Positions 37,467 through 51,909 of a DNA stretch of 64,000 nt are shown here, piece by piece. The DNA comes from Octopus sinensis. Taxonomy: Eukaryota. The stretch covers positions 120,156,001 through 120,220,000 of the forward strand of contig NC_042999.1 in NCBI RefSeq assembly GCF_006345805.1. The letters run 5' to 3'. Numbering within the stretch: the first letter of the stretch is position 1; each line of letters opens with the position of its first letter. Made by a program: the position numbers and the translations under genes. Below the pieces are notes generated by a model. That model searched no databases and was not told the DNA's origin. It worked only from the letters and a program-made list of their open reading frames with translations.

Positions 37467-38826
37467 GGTAGTAATTTCAGCATATTTGCAAAATTATATG
37501 AAAACTGTTAAATTATACTGAAAATGAAAAGCCCTACAACTTTAAAAAATATAAATATATTCGAAATTCAAATTCCCTATTAATTAGCTGAAGTTGAATT
37601 TTATCAACTGATAACTATCAATAATTTATTTTCATTCCTTGAGATAAAATTGAAAAAAGAAAACTCTCTGATTACATTAGTTAAATGAATACCACTAAAG
37701 AATTTTTTTAAAAGAAGCAGATTAACATAATGAAAGTCAATAAAGGCTTGATTAACAACTTAATCCAGCAGTCGAAACCAACCGTTCACTAAGTTTTATA
37801 CAGAGGAAGGAACATAAAAGTTTGTCAGTTAGTTTTGAGTTATTTCTTTTTAATAAACACGTCTTAGCAATTTTACTCCGCTCGTGGTTTTAAATTGAAT
37901 CAAATGGGAATATATTCTAGAACAGTGTAAAGGAATAAAACATGTTACACAAGTATAAAATTTGAAGTCAGTGTATAAAAAGCTGAAATATTGATTTTCA
38001 TAAAATACTCACTTATTTTTAGCTGTAAGGAGCAAAGATCTAACTAGTTGTGGGACGATGCTGGTAGATTGGTTAAATTTTGAATAATCACTCTGACCCT
38101 AAATGTCATAGGCTATGAAAAATAATTCTACTGAAAATCTTTTTCTCCAGTTGTTGTTTTATTTATGGTGTTAGATGAAAATTAAATATTATCAGGAGTT
38201 GACTTGTATGTCGTCATTAGAGCTAGTAGAATTATTCTCAATCTTCGCTCATGACGCATCCTGCAATCTTAAAATTAAATGGCCCATTCACATTGAATAT
38301 CGTTGTCATATCTAGACTATGCCTTTAAACATTATAATGATCAAGACTTCGATGCATTTTATTTTGAATTTACTCGATGAAGAAAGATTCATAGCTAAAC
38401 AACAGCATAAAATCGCTTTAAGAAATAAAATCAAATATACATTACCCCCTCAGAACTTTTTTCGTACTGAATATAATATTCTTAGCATACTATTTATTGT
38501 TATATGCGATAGATGATCTTTTTTTTACTGTCGGTCGTTTTATAAAAGCATCAAATTGTCAGTGGTAGTGGATTATACAGAAATAACGCAATACCTTTCA
38601 AGACAGCCGTAGCTGGTATATAGCGTTCGTATGTCCAAAATGTTTATCAAATATCTTTCACTTGCATCCTACAAGTGCATTGCTATTATTTCTAAGGCCA
38701 AGTTACCTAATACCTAAAATGACCGATCTACTGCAGTGTAAATATTGACAAGCATAGGCTATAACGGAAAAGAATACATATATTACTCATATTCTATGAC
38801 TGATCTGTGTTATTTAAAATATCTCT

Positions 38827-39165
38827 CAACCACATGGTTTCGGGTTCAGTCCCACTACGTGGCACCTTGAGTAAGTGTCTTCTACTATAGTCTCGGGCTG
38901 ACGAAAGCCTTCTGAGTGGATTTGGTAGACGGAAACTGAAAGAAGCCCGTCGTATATAGATGGATAGATAAATGTTTGTGTGTCTGTGCTTGTCCCCTCA
39001 CCATCGCTTGACGACCGATGTCGGTGTGTTTACGTCCGCGTAACTTAGCATTTCGGCAAATAAGACCGATAGAATAAGTACTAGGCAAATAAATCTTGAC
39101 GTCGATTTGTTCGACTAAAATCGGTGTTACAGCATGGCCGCAGTCAAATAGGTGAAACAAGAAAA
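38827..39165 (+). mobile_element. Octopus-type tRNA-derived SINE
   Basis: B-box-like GGGTTCAGTCCC followed by the family body. Confidence 0.9.
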
Positions 39166-40933
39166 GTATGATTCAAATATTTTTTGCCACTTTTGAAGTT
39201 TTGCTAAGTTAGATTTCTAATAATGAGCCTATAGGATATGTAAATATCTTTAATTCCATCTAAGAGAAAAATTGAACGATGATGTATTTTATAAAAATTG
39301 AATAATCTACGCGGATCACATGATGCTTAAAAAGGCATTTATGTACATAATTCCTGATAATATAGGATATTGTTCTATTATATCTATATTATAACAGAAT
39401 TTATATATTATATCAAACGAAGTATTTTATACTTTGACTATTTATGTCTTGAACTAACAAGAAACCGCTACGCGGTAACTCAAACTGTTAGTAACAGCAA
39501 CCAAATACCATCAACTATAGCTTACCGTCTTATGGCAGAGGAATCAGAGTGGGCAATACATTAACTAAAATTTTAAAATGATTGAATTGTTACGACAGGA
39601 ATGTATTTTATCATAATTCTAACCTACCAATGTAGGCTTGTAAGCACAAAACTGACTATTTATTAACTCAAATATAATAATTACCATCTAAACAGTAATT
39701 ACTAGCATCTGTGATTCTACCGTACATCAGTGGAGAATTGTGAGATAGTCTATGATAATTATTACTTGTTTTTCAGTCTCAGTGACCCGAGGAATGTATA
39801 TCAAAGTTCTTATATGACCCTTTGTCATAAGGTCTGGGTTCATCAAAGTTCTTATAGAGGCTGTAGCATTTAATTGAGAGCTAGTACGTTAGTCTACTAA
39901 AGCAGAAAATTAATGTACATTTGGGCCTGCAATAAATACCCACCTGTGACCTTTCTTCGTATATAGTATTGGCAACATTTACAGTCATATCGATTTAGAT
40001 AATTAGAATGTGCCATCTGCTATAGTTTAATTACGCCCTACGGATATTCAACCTGACCTTCAGTATGGCTTCTCGCAGGTTTGAAGTTCGGAATCCCATA
40101 AAGAAAATATGTATCTTATGCTGTGATTTTTCATTATATGATGTCACGATAGTAAATTTAATTCAATAATTAATAAATAGAAGAACGGTCGACAGGTTTC
40201 CTGATTCTTACTTCATATTTACCGGTATACACAAATGTAAAATTATGAATATAGAGAATAAGAGAAGGAAAACTGAGGGAAGTAGCACAGAAAGACAGAA
40301 GCGAAGAGAAGCAAGCAATACGAGTAAATACGCGCTCACGTTGATGTAATAGCAACATTTCTTCTTTGTTTAAGCGAGTTACGAAAATTCTCGATTGAAA
40401 AGTTAGTCGGTTAGCTCATAGATTTTAACAACGATTCATTTAGTTAATAAGTGATGTATTACTTGCTTTGAAGTAAATGGAAATTAAGTGCGGGGTAAAC
40501 TTTTAGATGTTACAGTTGACGAAATTGAAGTGATGTAAAATTCAAATGTGTCATATTTGGCTTTTTGTTGCCATCCATCCAAAATATATCTCATTTCCTT
40601 TTATCAGAAGATAAATAGCTATTGTTTTGAAAACAGCATAGTGTGAATGGAGGGAGATTTGGCTGTAATTTCTAGTTGAAAAAGTAAACGTTTACAAGCA
40701 TCATCAGGTTTTGTATTAGTGAAATAATGATAGATACGTAAACATTACAGGTATAGACAGCATTTCATATTCTTTCCAATGAAAGAATATTTTATGATGT
40801 CACTCAGAGGAAATCATATCAGATTACGACAGCACATGCACTCACAAATATATACATTATATAAAACAAGAAAACACATGTACCATATATGTACACACAC
40901 ACACATACACACACACACACACATATCCATATA

Positions 40934-41500
40934 TGTGGCCTTTGTGGAGAAGGGGGCACTCTGGCACATATCTTGGCAGGATGCAGATATAAATGGTGCA
41001 ATGATAGAGTGCTTGCAACACTTGCTCGCACTATGGAGCAGGAAAGGCGCAAGAAACATCATCACCAAGTGAAGGCAACAGCAGCAATTAAATTTGTGAA
41101 AGAGAGAGAGCGAGAGAGAGAGAGAGAGAGTGAGAGAGACCGTTAAAGTCAGCAAAAACAATACATAGCTTTCAGTAAGTATCTCAACCATGGGATATGA
41201 ATGTGAACTTAGAGGAGAGATTGCAGTTTCCTCGGGTTGTCAATACAGCCCAAAGGCCAGATGTGGTCCTGTGGTCTGGAAAGGCCAAGAAAGTTAACGC
41301 AATCGAACTAACAGTCCCGTGGGAAAGGAGGTGTGATGCGGCCCATTAACTGAAGCGTGCCAGACATGACAGCCTACTGCAGGGTTGCAGGGAGAAGGGA
41401 TGACAGATATGGCTATTTCCAGTCGAGGCTGGCTGTAGGGTATTCTCTGCTCAGTCGGCATGGAGGATACTTACACCAACTCTGGCAGGGGCGATGGTGA
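40934..41500 (+). mobile_element. Hero-clade non-LTR 3' fragment (CCHC + REL)
   Basis: LCGEGGTLAHILAGC..KWCNDRVLATLA; WDMNVNLEERLQFPRVVNTAQRPDVVLWSGKAKKVNAIELTVPWERRC...WLFPVEAGCRVFSAQSAWRIL; interrupted by (GA)n. Confidence 0.85.
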
Positions 41501-41574
41501 GCCCTGCTGTACTCTTTCACCACAATTTTCTCTCCCTCTTTCTTCTTGTTTCTGGTGTACCTATATTTCAAAGG

Positions 41575-41720
41575 GCCAGCCTTACCACACTCTGTGTCAC
41601 GCTGAATCTAGCTGAGAACTACGTTAAGGGTACACTTGTCTGTGGAGTCCTCAGCCACTTGCACGTTAATTTCACGAGCAGGCTGTTCCATTGATCGGAT
41701 CAACTTGAACCCTCGTCGTC
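41575..41720 (+). mobile_element. Interspersed repeat (SINE 3' part)
   Basis: TGTCACGCTGAATCT..CTCAGCC(A/C)CTTGCA(C/A)GTTAATTTCACGAGCA(G/A)GCTGTTC..TTGATCG shared with 54283-54362. Confidence 0.75.
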
Positions 41721-41744
41721 GTAATCGACGGAGTGCCTCCTATG

Positions 41745-41783
<39 letters not shown>

Positions 41784-42131
41784 CATACAGACACATACAC
41801 ACGCACGCACGCACTCTTTCTCTCACACACACACACACATATATGAAAATCGTGAAAAACCCAAGGAACCAAAACGATGCATAGCATATTTATTTTTAAT
41901 ACTTTCAGGTTCATTCGAAAGAGAATAAGCTTTTTTATGGCAATTATCTCTTTGTACTACACTCAATTCATATGCACAATGAGTTCTTGGATAAACATTG
42001 TTTCACTTACGGAAATGAATCGTGAAGCTGTTCTGCTGTATTGAAACACAACAGTGCTCAGCATATACACGTTCGAATCTGCTAAGATATATTTAGAATA
42101 AATATGCTGATCATAGCATATACATATATAT

Positions 42132-42174
<43 letters not shown>

Positions 42175-42280
42175 CTAGCTAGGTAGCTAGATATACATAT
42201 ATACATACATATATATATATATATACATTTATACATATATACATATATATATACATACACACACATATATATATACACAC

Positions 42281-42324
<44 letters not shown>

Positions 42325-42459
42325 TATATACATATATATATATATATTATATATATATATATATATATACAAACATACATACTTGCAGGCAACATATATA
42401 GGCATGTGTGTGTGCGTTTGTGTGTGTTTGTGTGTGTGTTGTGTGTGTGTGTGTGTGTG

Positions 42460-42522
<63 letters not shown>

Positions 42523-44964
42523 AAACAAATAAACAAGCTTGGATTTGATGTATGAAATATACATACCCATATGCATGTAAATTTATATAAGAACATATGT
42601 AGAGAGAAACAAAAATTGAAGATTCCGAAGCAGATCATTCAATTATAAGCAAAGAGATAGATACAGATAGTTATATATAAATGAAGATGTATGCATGTAT
42701 GTGTGTATAATGATATTCTCGAAGGACTAGAGTTAACTGTATTAATATAGTTTCTTTTTCTTTGTTTCCCGAAAAATTGTTTTGATAAGAATTTGTAGAC
42801 GATTTTATACTATTACTAATTTTTTGTCAATTATTAAAACTTTATTTTCGTTTCTCGTGACAGATGCAGACAGAGATTGATGAAAATATAGAATACAAAC
42901 AGATTAGAAAGGCACAATACAAAGGTAATATATCAACATTACTATTGTTCCATCAGAATTTGCAGTTTTGTATATGTAAAAAGAAAAAAATATCAAAAAT
43001 ATTGCTTAGGTCTATATGGTTTACATTTGTCTTTCGTACTAATTAATTTACAGAGAATATACATCGACGTTAGTTAAAAATTTATTCTTTTCGTTTTTGT
43101 TTAATCAACTTCAAAAGAATTCCAAGTTTTTTTTTTTTTAGTCTTATCACGCTCAAAATTTTAACTTCTACATAACAAAGTGGAAAATTGTACCAATGTA
43201 TAACAGCTCACTTATGTTGAACAGACTAATAATTACTGCATATTGAAGTCACTGTTAAAATGCAGCGGTGAGGAAGAGTAAAGTAAACTGATTTATATTC
43301 CAAGTACTACACTTGTTAGAAATCTCATTGAAATAAGATTCGAGCTTTGGGTACATAAGCAGTATATTAATATTATGTAGATAATCCTATATTTGATGAC
43401 AGCAGTTTGTTATCTACATAATGCATCTTTGGAATTATATTTATTTTACTGCAAGTGTGATTAGGAACCAGTGCTTAAAATAACTTGTTAAAATATTCTT
43501 TACTATTTAATTTACTAGCGGAACATGTCATCATTCGATTCTCGATCATAAAAGGTAGAAAGATTGCAAACAATTTAGAAGGTGCATAACCGTACTTCTG
43601 AATAATAAATAGTAAACTTAATAGCGATAATCTAACAATGTATAGTTTTATTCCCTTTCGCAAAATTTGCAGCAACTGATAGTGTAAAAATGTTTCCAGA
43701 CTTCGTTCAAGTACGTTGCACAGTATTATTCACATAATGTTTCAGCACAATTTCTTAGAGTAAAGCTTAGTCATATTGTAACTTTTCTATTAATTACTAA
43801 GTTTAATCCATCTCTAAATATAGGAAGAATATTCTTCAAGATAATGCGACCAAGATTGTTATGATTACAGTATTTCTAAAATCGTGTTTTTTTTTTCCTG
43901 GACATCACCTTCGTTGTAGCTATAAGCATATATAGATTTCTGATATATCTAAATAGCCAATAATCAGAAAAATACTCGTACGTAATTTTGTCAAATCCAG
44001 TCAAGTAAAATATGAATTCGGAAAATAAAGTGAAAAAAGAAAAATCCAATGTATTTAATCCAGTCTTATACATTCTGATGATGGACGTTAATTCTAAACC
44101 TAAACATTGCTTTTATTTATTTATTTATTTATTTATTTATTTTGTCCGGTTTTCTAACAAGTCAATAAAAAAATTCAATAGTCGAATCACTGGCGAAAGT
44201 ATAACTCGGTAAAACCGAGCTCAGAAGGTATTTTTCTTCAAATGTTTTCTTGATATTTGAGTTTTTCTTTGAGACGTATTGACTGAGAACCGATACATAT
44301 ACAAAATGATGCTAACTACTCTCTAAATACAATAAAACAGTACCCCAGTTGTAGTCATACCAACGTTTTTGTTACTTGATTGAATTCTAAATGTAATGGA
44401 AGTCATTGCAGCTAAAACACCAAAATTATAAACGAACACTGAAAATTTCCACTTCATCTCTAATAGAGACAGTCCTTTCAGAAACAAACGCTATGCAACA
44501 GAGACTCGTCACTGATCTAAACAACTCCTGACTGGCGTATCATATCCGTTGGACACGTCTAACTATCAAGTGCCGAATAGCATGAATTGAAATAGTCTGC
44601 ATCTATGAGACACACAACATATTCTCTGACTAATGATTATGGATACGCAACAGTTCATAAGAGGAAAAGTTGTATATATATATATCAGCAATAGTTCATG
44701 CAAGTATAAGTTACTAGAATTAACCAAATAGACAGCATCTTAGAGAACGAAAGTTGTCTATCCGAACGAAGAAATATATCGGCGTTTGAAGTACGTGCTT
44801 TTGTAATACAAGAATAAGAATAACAACGAAAAAGCAGACTCTTAAAGAGTTGTCCAAAAGTGTCCTCACAGAGTTTATGATGTGCCTATGTAGTTTGGCC
44901 AAACAGATAATACAATGGAATCTATAGGATGAATAATACTAGTTACAAATTTGGGCACAAGACC

Positions 44965-45115
44965 ATCAAGTTTGGAGAAGGGGTAAGTCGATTACATCGA
45001 CCCCACTGATCAACCCCCAAAGGATGGAAGTTAAAGTCGAGCCCGGCAGCATTTGAACTCAGAATGCTAAGCATTTTTTACGGCGTGCTTGTGATTCTTC
45101 CAGCTCGCCGCCGTT
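44965..45115 (+). mobile_element. SINE-like fragment
   Basis: GTCGATTACATCGACCCC...AAAGTCGA..CGGC..ATTTGAACTCAGAA; related pieces at 45655-45715 and ~50060-50190 (minus). Confidence 0.65.
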
Positions 45116-45817
45116 GTAGAATGGATAATATTAAAAGAAAAAATATTAAATGTTACAATAACGTGGAGGGTACAGTCTCTCATTATATAAATGCATAAAA
45201 CTGGAATTTTCCTGCCAAAATCCATGTAAATTATAGCGTAGGAAAACCGATCTCGAAAAAAGGGTAGAAACTGTGCCAATAAGGAGAATCATTCGCCCAG
45301 CAGACATCATTATAATGTAAAAAAAATAGTGAAGAAGAATACAAGCTGAACTAATGGAAAATTTGCAGTTATCACACCAATATTATTAGCCTTCGAAATA
45401 TATCAATAATTATTGGGTCACTTAGATATGTAACTAATTGCCTCAACATCAATCTTGGGGGGATGGGTTGTATTAATTAGTAAGGTCATTATTAGTTAGG
45501 AATTTGCAGCCGCAAACCACTGAATGAACAGACGTTTTGCATGTTCTAGAAGTTTTGCATGCTTTAAGTGATTATATATATGCTTGAAGACGTAAACATT
45601 TACATATTGTTTCAGATTTTGAAATGAAGAGTAATAAGAGCAATACTGGGACAAGTAGATAGTCAGTTACATAGACACCAGTACTTAGGTAGTACTTTGA
45701 TTAATCGACCCAGGAGAAATGAATGACAAAGCTGACATTTGCGGGGTTAGAAATCAGAATGTTCGTACACCTCCATACACGTGCGCATACAGATGCATAT
45801 ATATATATAATATGTAT

Positions 45818-45874
<57 letters not shown>

Positions 45875-46149
45875 TTATTTATTTATTTATTATATAGAAG
45901 GAGCTTCTACAGGACTAGAACTGTTTCATTCAAGAGAAATCATCAGGAAGCTAGTTAACAAGAATTGTATTTGCATTTATACATTTAGGCAGGTTTAAAG
46001 GGGTGGTGGTGGGGGACTTTTGGGGGGTAGGCATAGCGCAAAAATATCATACTTGGGGGAGTGGTCAAGGAGTCAGTGGTAAATTAGATAAAAGAATAAA
46101 TAAAAGAATAAAAAAATATATAGAAGAATAGAGTTTTAGGTAAATAAGG

Positions 46150-46437
46150 AGATTCTCACTTATACATATACACATATATATATATACACACACACACACA
46201 CATATACATACACACATACATACACACACACACATATATATATATACACATATATATACATACATATACATACGTATATATATATATATATATATACATA
46301 TATATGCATATATATATACACACACGAACACACATACATATACACACAAAAAATATATACATACACACACATACACATACACACATACACACACATATCC
46401 ACATACACAACATGCACACACAAGTCCCTATATACAC

Positions 46438-46468
<31 letters not shown>

Positions 46469-47059
46469 ATATATATATATATATATTACATATATATATA
46501 CATATGTGTACCTATACATACCTACACAAACACACATATACATACAAATACAAACCCATTCCCTAATTTAAATTTTATTATCTTCATTTATTACTTTTGT
46601 TATCTTTGACCGCGGGTCACAAGCATCTTGGCTACGACAGCAAGTCCATTTATCGTTCTACTTGAACAGAAGCACTCACTCACGCACGCACACTCATTAG
46701 CACGCACACTCACTCATTCGTACACTCGTACACATACACGCACGCACGCGTTATATTCATACATTCATACATCTACATACATTCACATATATACACATAC
46801 GTACGCGTACCTACAGATTCATGTCTACACGCTTAGAAGACTAGTCCATACATATACACCAATAAATATATATACACACATACATATACACCTACATACA
46901 AATACATACATATATATATATATACGTATATATACATACATACATACACCCATACATATATACACATACACATACACACACCCACACTTATACATATACA
47001 TACATATACGCGCATACATACACATACATATACATACATATACACATACATATATATAT

Positions 47060-47094
<35 letters not shown>

Positions 47095-47466
47095 CACATA
47101 CATACCTGTACATACATACATATACATATATACACACACACATACATACATATATACACATACACACACATACACATATACATGCGTACCCATACACACA
47201 CACACACGCGCGCATCCATATATACACATAAGTACACACATGCGTAAAAGTATACATATATCTATACATATGCTTACACATACATACACATACACGCGTC
47301 TCCTTATGTTCATATACTTACATGCATACTCAAAAAATAAATAATAAAATATATATACGTGCAGTTATTCATATACATACATGCATACTCAAAAAATAAA
47401 TAATAAATATTAAGTATATATACGTGCAGTTCTATATACGTATATATACGTAGTATTATATATAAT

Positions 47467-47506
<40 letters not shown>

Positions 47507-47510
47507 GCAT
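46150..47510. repeat. ~1.35 kb degenerate (TA)/(CA) microsatellite field with a ~60 bp tandem duplication at 47308-47432
   Basis: Directly visible; generates many HTYI/YVCV ORFs. Confidence 0.95.
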
Positions 47511-48064
47511 ATATATTATTTAATGTTCATATTTTTATATAGAAGTTGCAGCTAGGTTCATGTTCTTGAAACATAATAAATCGTTTGATTTATATCATGC
47601 GTTGTGCCTCCAAGCAAGCTTTTAGGCTCAAATACACAGCTTGTCTGACCTCATTTGGAGAAACGAGAAAGTCTACGAGAAAACACGAGAAACTACGATA
47701 GAAAGGTGAATGCCAAAAGTGGAACCTGCCGATTTATTGTGTTTCCACACTCTAAAGCTACAAGTAGTAGCAACACCGTGTATTTTAAATGGTTTTATGT
47801 TTGCATTTTCCTTTTTGGCCCTCACACCTGTTTGGTCTTCTGACCTGTTAGGGACTGTACCAGTACCATTGTTTCCCTCGTTTGCAGGCCTCTCAGACAA
47901 GGCTTTGGTATTGTTCTTTTGAGGGACCGTCGAGCCCCGGAGGTTTTCTCCAACCTTTTTTTCATCCTTGTTGCAGTCACGACCTATGGTGATGTCAAGG
48001 CGTCCATGTGCTGTATAATTAGACCATAGGAACGGAAGAATTCGCGTTCTTCCTCTCTATCTGC

Positions 48065-48155
<91 letters not shown>

Positions 48156-48182
48156 TAATATGTGGCATTTAGTCGGTTGCCA

Positions 48183-48245
48183 TAATAAAACTCAGAGTTT
48201 CGGATGTTGGGGTGGAAGACAGCTCCGGCATCTAGTTAGTTATTA
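48183..48245 (-). ncRNA. Decayed type I hammerhead-like motif
   Basis: Minus strand TAATAA-CTAACTA-GATG(22 nt)CATC-C-GAA-ACTC t GAGT-T-TTATTA: correct geometry, but core has G5A and G8U and there is an extra C. Confidence 0.4.
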
Positions 48246-48415
48246 AGACAAACAAAAATGCTATGAAAATGACCGTGAAATAAAGGGAAAATACCCGAAT
48301 AGGGAGAAAATAAAAATACTCGATGAAGGTAAACCCATACTCATAGCATCCGCGTATTTACATAATATCGAGGACTCATGCATTCTTTTGTTGTCACATT
48401 ATTATTATTAATATA

Positions 48416-48840
48416 TAGGCGCAGGAGTAGCTGTGTGGTACGTAGCTTGCTCACAAATCACATGGTTCTGATGTGTTCAGTCCCACTGCGTGAAAGCTTG
48501 GGCAAGTGTCATCTACTATAGCCTCGGGCCGACCAAATCGTTGTGAGTGGATTTGGTAGACGGAAACTGAAAGAAGCCTGTCGTATATATGTATACATAT
48601 GTATATATATGTGCGTGTATGTATATGCTTGTGTGTCTGTGTTTGTCCCCCCCAACATCGCTTGACAACCGATGTTGGTGTGTTTACGTCCCCGTAACTT
48701 ATCGGTTCCGCAAAAAAACCGATAGAATAAGTACTAGGCTTCCAAAGAATAAGTACGGGGGTCGATTTGCTCGACTAAATGTGGTGTTCCAGCATGGCCG
48801 CAGTCAATTGACTGAAACAAGTAAATGAGTAAAAAGAGAG
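48416..48840 (+). mobile_element. Full-length octopus-type tRNA-derived SINE
   Basis: Head GGCGCAGGAGTAGCTGTGTGGTA..GTTCAGTCCC, internal (TA)/(TG), tail ..CTGAAACAAGTAAA. Confidence 0.9.
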
Positions 48841-48906
48841 TAAAGATATATATATATATATATAAAGTTGGAGTACTCTTTTAACAGAACGGTAAACAAC
48901 ATACAT

Positions 48907-49088
48907 ATACAGTTCCATATTTAAGATATGAGGAATTATGTGCATTATTTACATTACTGACATTGTTTACATTTGATGGATATTTGTCCTCATCTTGTTT
49001 GTTGTTTGTTGCTTGTCAACCATATGACATAGTGGATAAGAATACGTGCTGCTATCCCCAAGATTCCGAGTTCGATTCCAGGCAGTGA

Positions 49089-49169
<81 letters not shown>

Positions 49170-49183
49170 TGATAATAATAATG

Positions 49184-49238
<55 letters not shown>

Positions 49239-49311
49239 CTTACTAATGTAAATAATGTAAATAATGTAAATAATGTACATAATTCCTCATCTCTTAAATA
49301 TAGAACTGTAA
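48907..49311. mobile_element. ~50 bp inverted-repeat-bounded unit containing a tRNA-like head and (AAT)n
   Basis: TACAGTTC(C/T)ATATTTAAGA(T/G)ATGAGGAATTATGT(G/A)CATTATTTACATTA at 48907 (+) and ending at 49311 (-). Confidence 0.8.
49024..49090 (+). mobile_element. tRNA-derived SINE head (pol III A/B boxes)
   Basis: A-box-like TAGTGGATAAG, B box GAGTTCGATTCC, followed by (AAT)n. Confidence 0.7.
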
Positions 49312-49324
49312 GAATAATTGTCTA

Positions 49325-49560
49325 TGTCTTTGTGAGTCTCTCTATAGCAGCAATTAAGATAGTAGGTGTCTTTGCCAGATGTAGGCACTTCAATATCCAT
49401 GAATCAGAGAGAGTGCCGAATGCCTTCTTATAGCCAACCCGTACTGTCACAAAGTTTCTGCGTTGTTCTCTTACTTCAGACAGTACAGCTTTATTCATTG
49501 AAAGTTGTTCGGCACGTCCCCACACTCCCTTCTTTCCACCAACCTTCTTTCCACCAATCA
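49325..49560 (-). mobile_element. Old R4-clade RT fragment
   Basis: ORF 49322..49660: EQLSMNKAVLSEVREQRRNFVTVRVGYKKAFGTLSDSWILKCLHLAK. Confidence 0.75.
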
Positions 49561-49831
49561 CAATGTTGTCCGACTCACAATTGTCCTGGAGGAATTGGAT
49601 GTATGTACATCGCTCGATTGATGTATGTATGGCTAGCAGCAAGAATGTCAGATTCGCCATTCCTGTTTAACGTTTAACAATTCTCCTTTCGGCACCGGTC
49701 CGAAATAACTGAAAAAATCACGATTAAACGTTATCATACGTTACCACCTACTTAAGTTTCCTATCGATAACGTGGGACAGAAAAAAAAAAAACCCTGGTG
49801 TTGCAGTCGCGCCTGGTACACACATGTACAG

Positions 49832-49915
<84 letters not shown>

Positions 49916-51870
49916 TACATACATTCATACATACAAACAGACAGACAGAAAACTTATAGTTAAATAGATGGAATTGCGTAGACACACGCTCATACACACC
50001 CACACACACACGCAACTCATATATCAGGTAATTAAATGTAAAATGTCAGATTTTCTTATGCACCCGTGAGACACTGGGGGTCGAAGTACCACGAAACACT
50101 TCGGCCGAAGTACCAGTGAAACACTGATGTCGATGTAATCGACTCATCTCTTCCTCCAAAATGGCTGCCCTTGAGGCAAAATTTAAAACCGTTATTATTA
50201 TCATTATTATTATTATTATTATATGAGGGGCTCCCACATCACTTCCGTCATTCAAATCCGCATACACCGCATATTGCGATCAAACTCGAATCTATATGAT
50301 CACTCAGTGAAGATCTGTACATTTATTCCAACACATACATACCCATGCATACGTATAAAATCATTGCTGTGATATCCTGCATCATCATATTCATCAGTAA
50401 CAGGGAAAATTATGTTGAAACAAACATACGTTAACCGAAGCATTTAATACCCTAAGGAAAGGAAAATGTCTGCAAATGCATGGAATATGTTAACAGAATT
50501 TGCTCCTAAATTTTATGAGATCTTAAATGCAAGGTCGTCAGTTTAGTGACAGGAAGGAGGATCGTCTAAAACGAGTAAAATAACCTCAACTGGAAATAGA
50601 AACCGGCTAATGATTAGAGCTTATGAGGAGTAACTTCTACTTTGCTAGTACTCTATCACACACACGCACGCGCACACGCACGCACACACACGCACATACA
50701 CCAACACTCAGACACAGATGAATGCATGCACGAATGCAAACGCACAAACACACACACACAAATGCACGCATACACACCACACACACACAGATATATGATT
50801 ACTAAAAAGTATTTCCGATCTTTCACGAGTTAACTACTTAGTGTTAATTCTATATTCAGTATTTTTCACTTGATTTTCTAATTTTTTAAAACTCTATCTA
50901 GAACAACTGGAGAGCAAATTTCTAATCTTGCCTTTTCATCATCTAACATTCACAGCATTTATATTCTAGTCTTTTAGTTACTATGGTGATTGAAATTTCT
51001 CAGTTCCACAGCTACATACAAGTATAGGAGATTAGATACTTCGAAAGAAATATATAGTTTTAAATGATTTCAGTACTCTGTTCGTTTTTTTCTTCTTCAC
51101 GCAAAACTTCGACCATTTCTTTCCTGTCAGGTATTTCTCTCTCTATTTGACGCATTTTCTATTTCCGTCTCCAATTTCTTCATTTCATTAACATTTTCTT
51201 AATCGCTCGCGTATTCTAACCACAGTCTCATATCATTATTATCATGGCATTTCTTATTCTTCATTTACTCATTATTCCTTGTGCTCCACACTTCATGTTT
51301 TTGTACTTATCATATTAACAAGGTAATGAAATTGTAAAAATGCTATGAAAGTGGGTAAATGCTTTAAAGTATTTAATTATGTTGGTCTCTCTTGAAGCTG
51401 ATTTCTTATGTCGCAAAATTCATGTATATTATATATTCCTCTGGGATAGTGGAAACGTATACCAATTAGAAGCTGCAGTCGACTTCAAAAACAATACTCG
51501 TCTCGAGTAAAATATCTATAGAATCATTCTCTAAAGTTGCGATATGAATCACCAAAAACTATTAGAATACTGTGATAAACGCCGTGTTGTACAGTGCTTG
51601 TCAATGTATACCATAATTTCATTTCTTGCAAAAGTTAAACTTCACCGGGGCCAATGATATAAATGCTGTTTTGAGTATTTTCCATAAACTAGAGTAAACA
51701 AAAATGGTTTTAAGCTTTCGCTTACAATAGCCTTTAGGTGAAGAAGAAATCAATGTTCAATGAACTATTGTAAAAAGAATTAAATATACAAAAGAATTGA
51801 ACTAGATTTGTTTTTTCCTCTTTCATTTATAAAAGTATTTCAGTTTTACTTTATGCAACGATAAATCACT

Positions 51871-51909
<39 letters not shown>

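Noticed and set aside
44458-44530. Candidate terminal exon (ETVLSETNAMQQRLVTDLNNS*)
   Set aside because: Short with no homology recognised; unsupported without transcripts.
45985-46060. G-quadruplex-like G runs
   Set aside because: Irregular long spacing and no functional context.
47673-48050. Possible 5' end of another R4-like element (minus strand)
   Set aside because: Resemblance to the R4 N-terminal motif is too weak.
50075-50130. GAAGTACCA..GAAACAC direct repeat around the palindrome ACTTCGGCCGAAGT
   Set aside because: Best explained as a local duplication inside a SINE fragment; no CUGANGA, so not a ribozyme.
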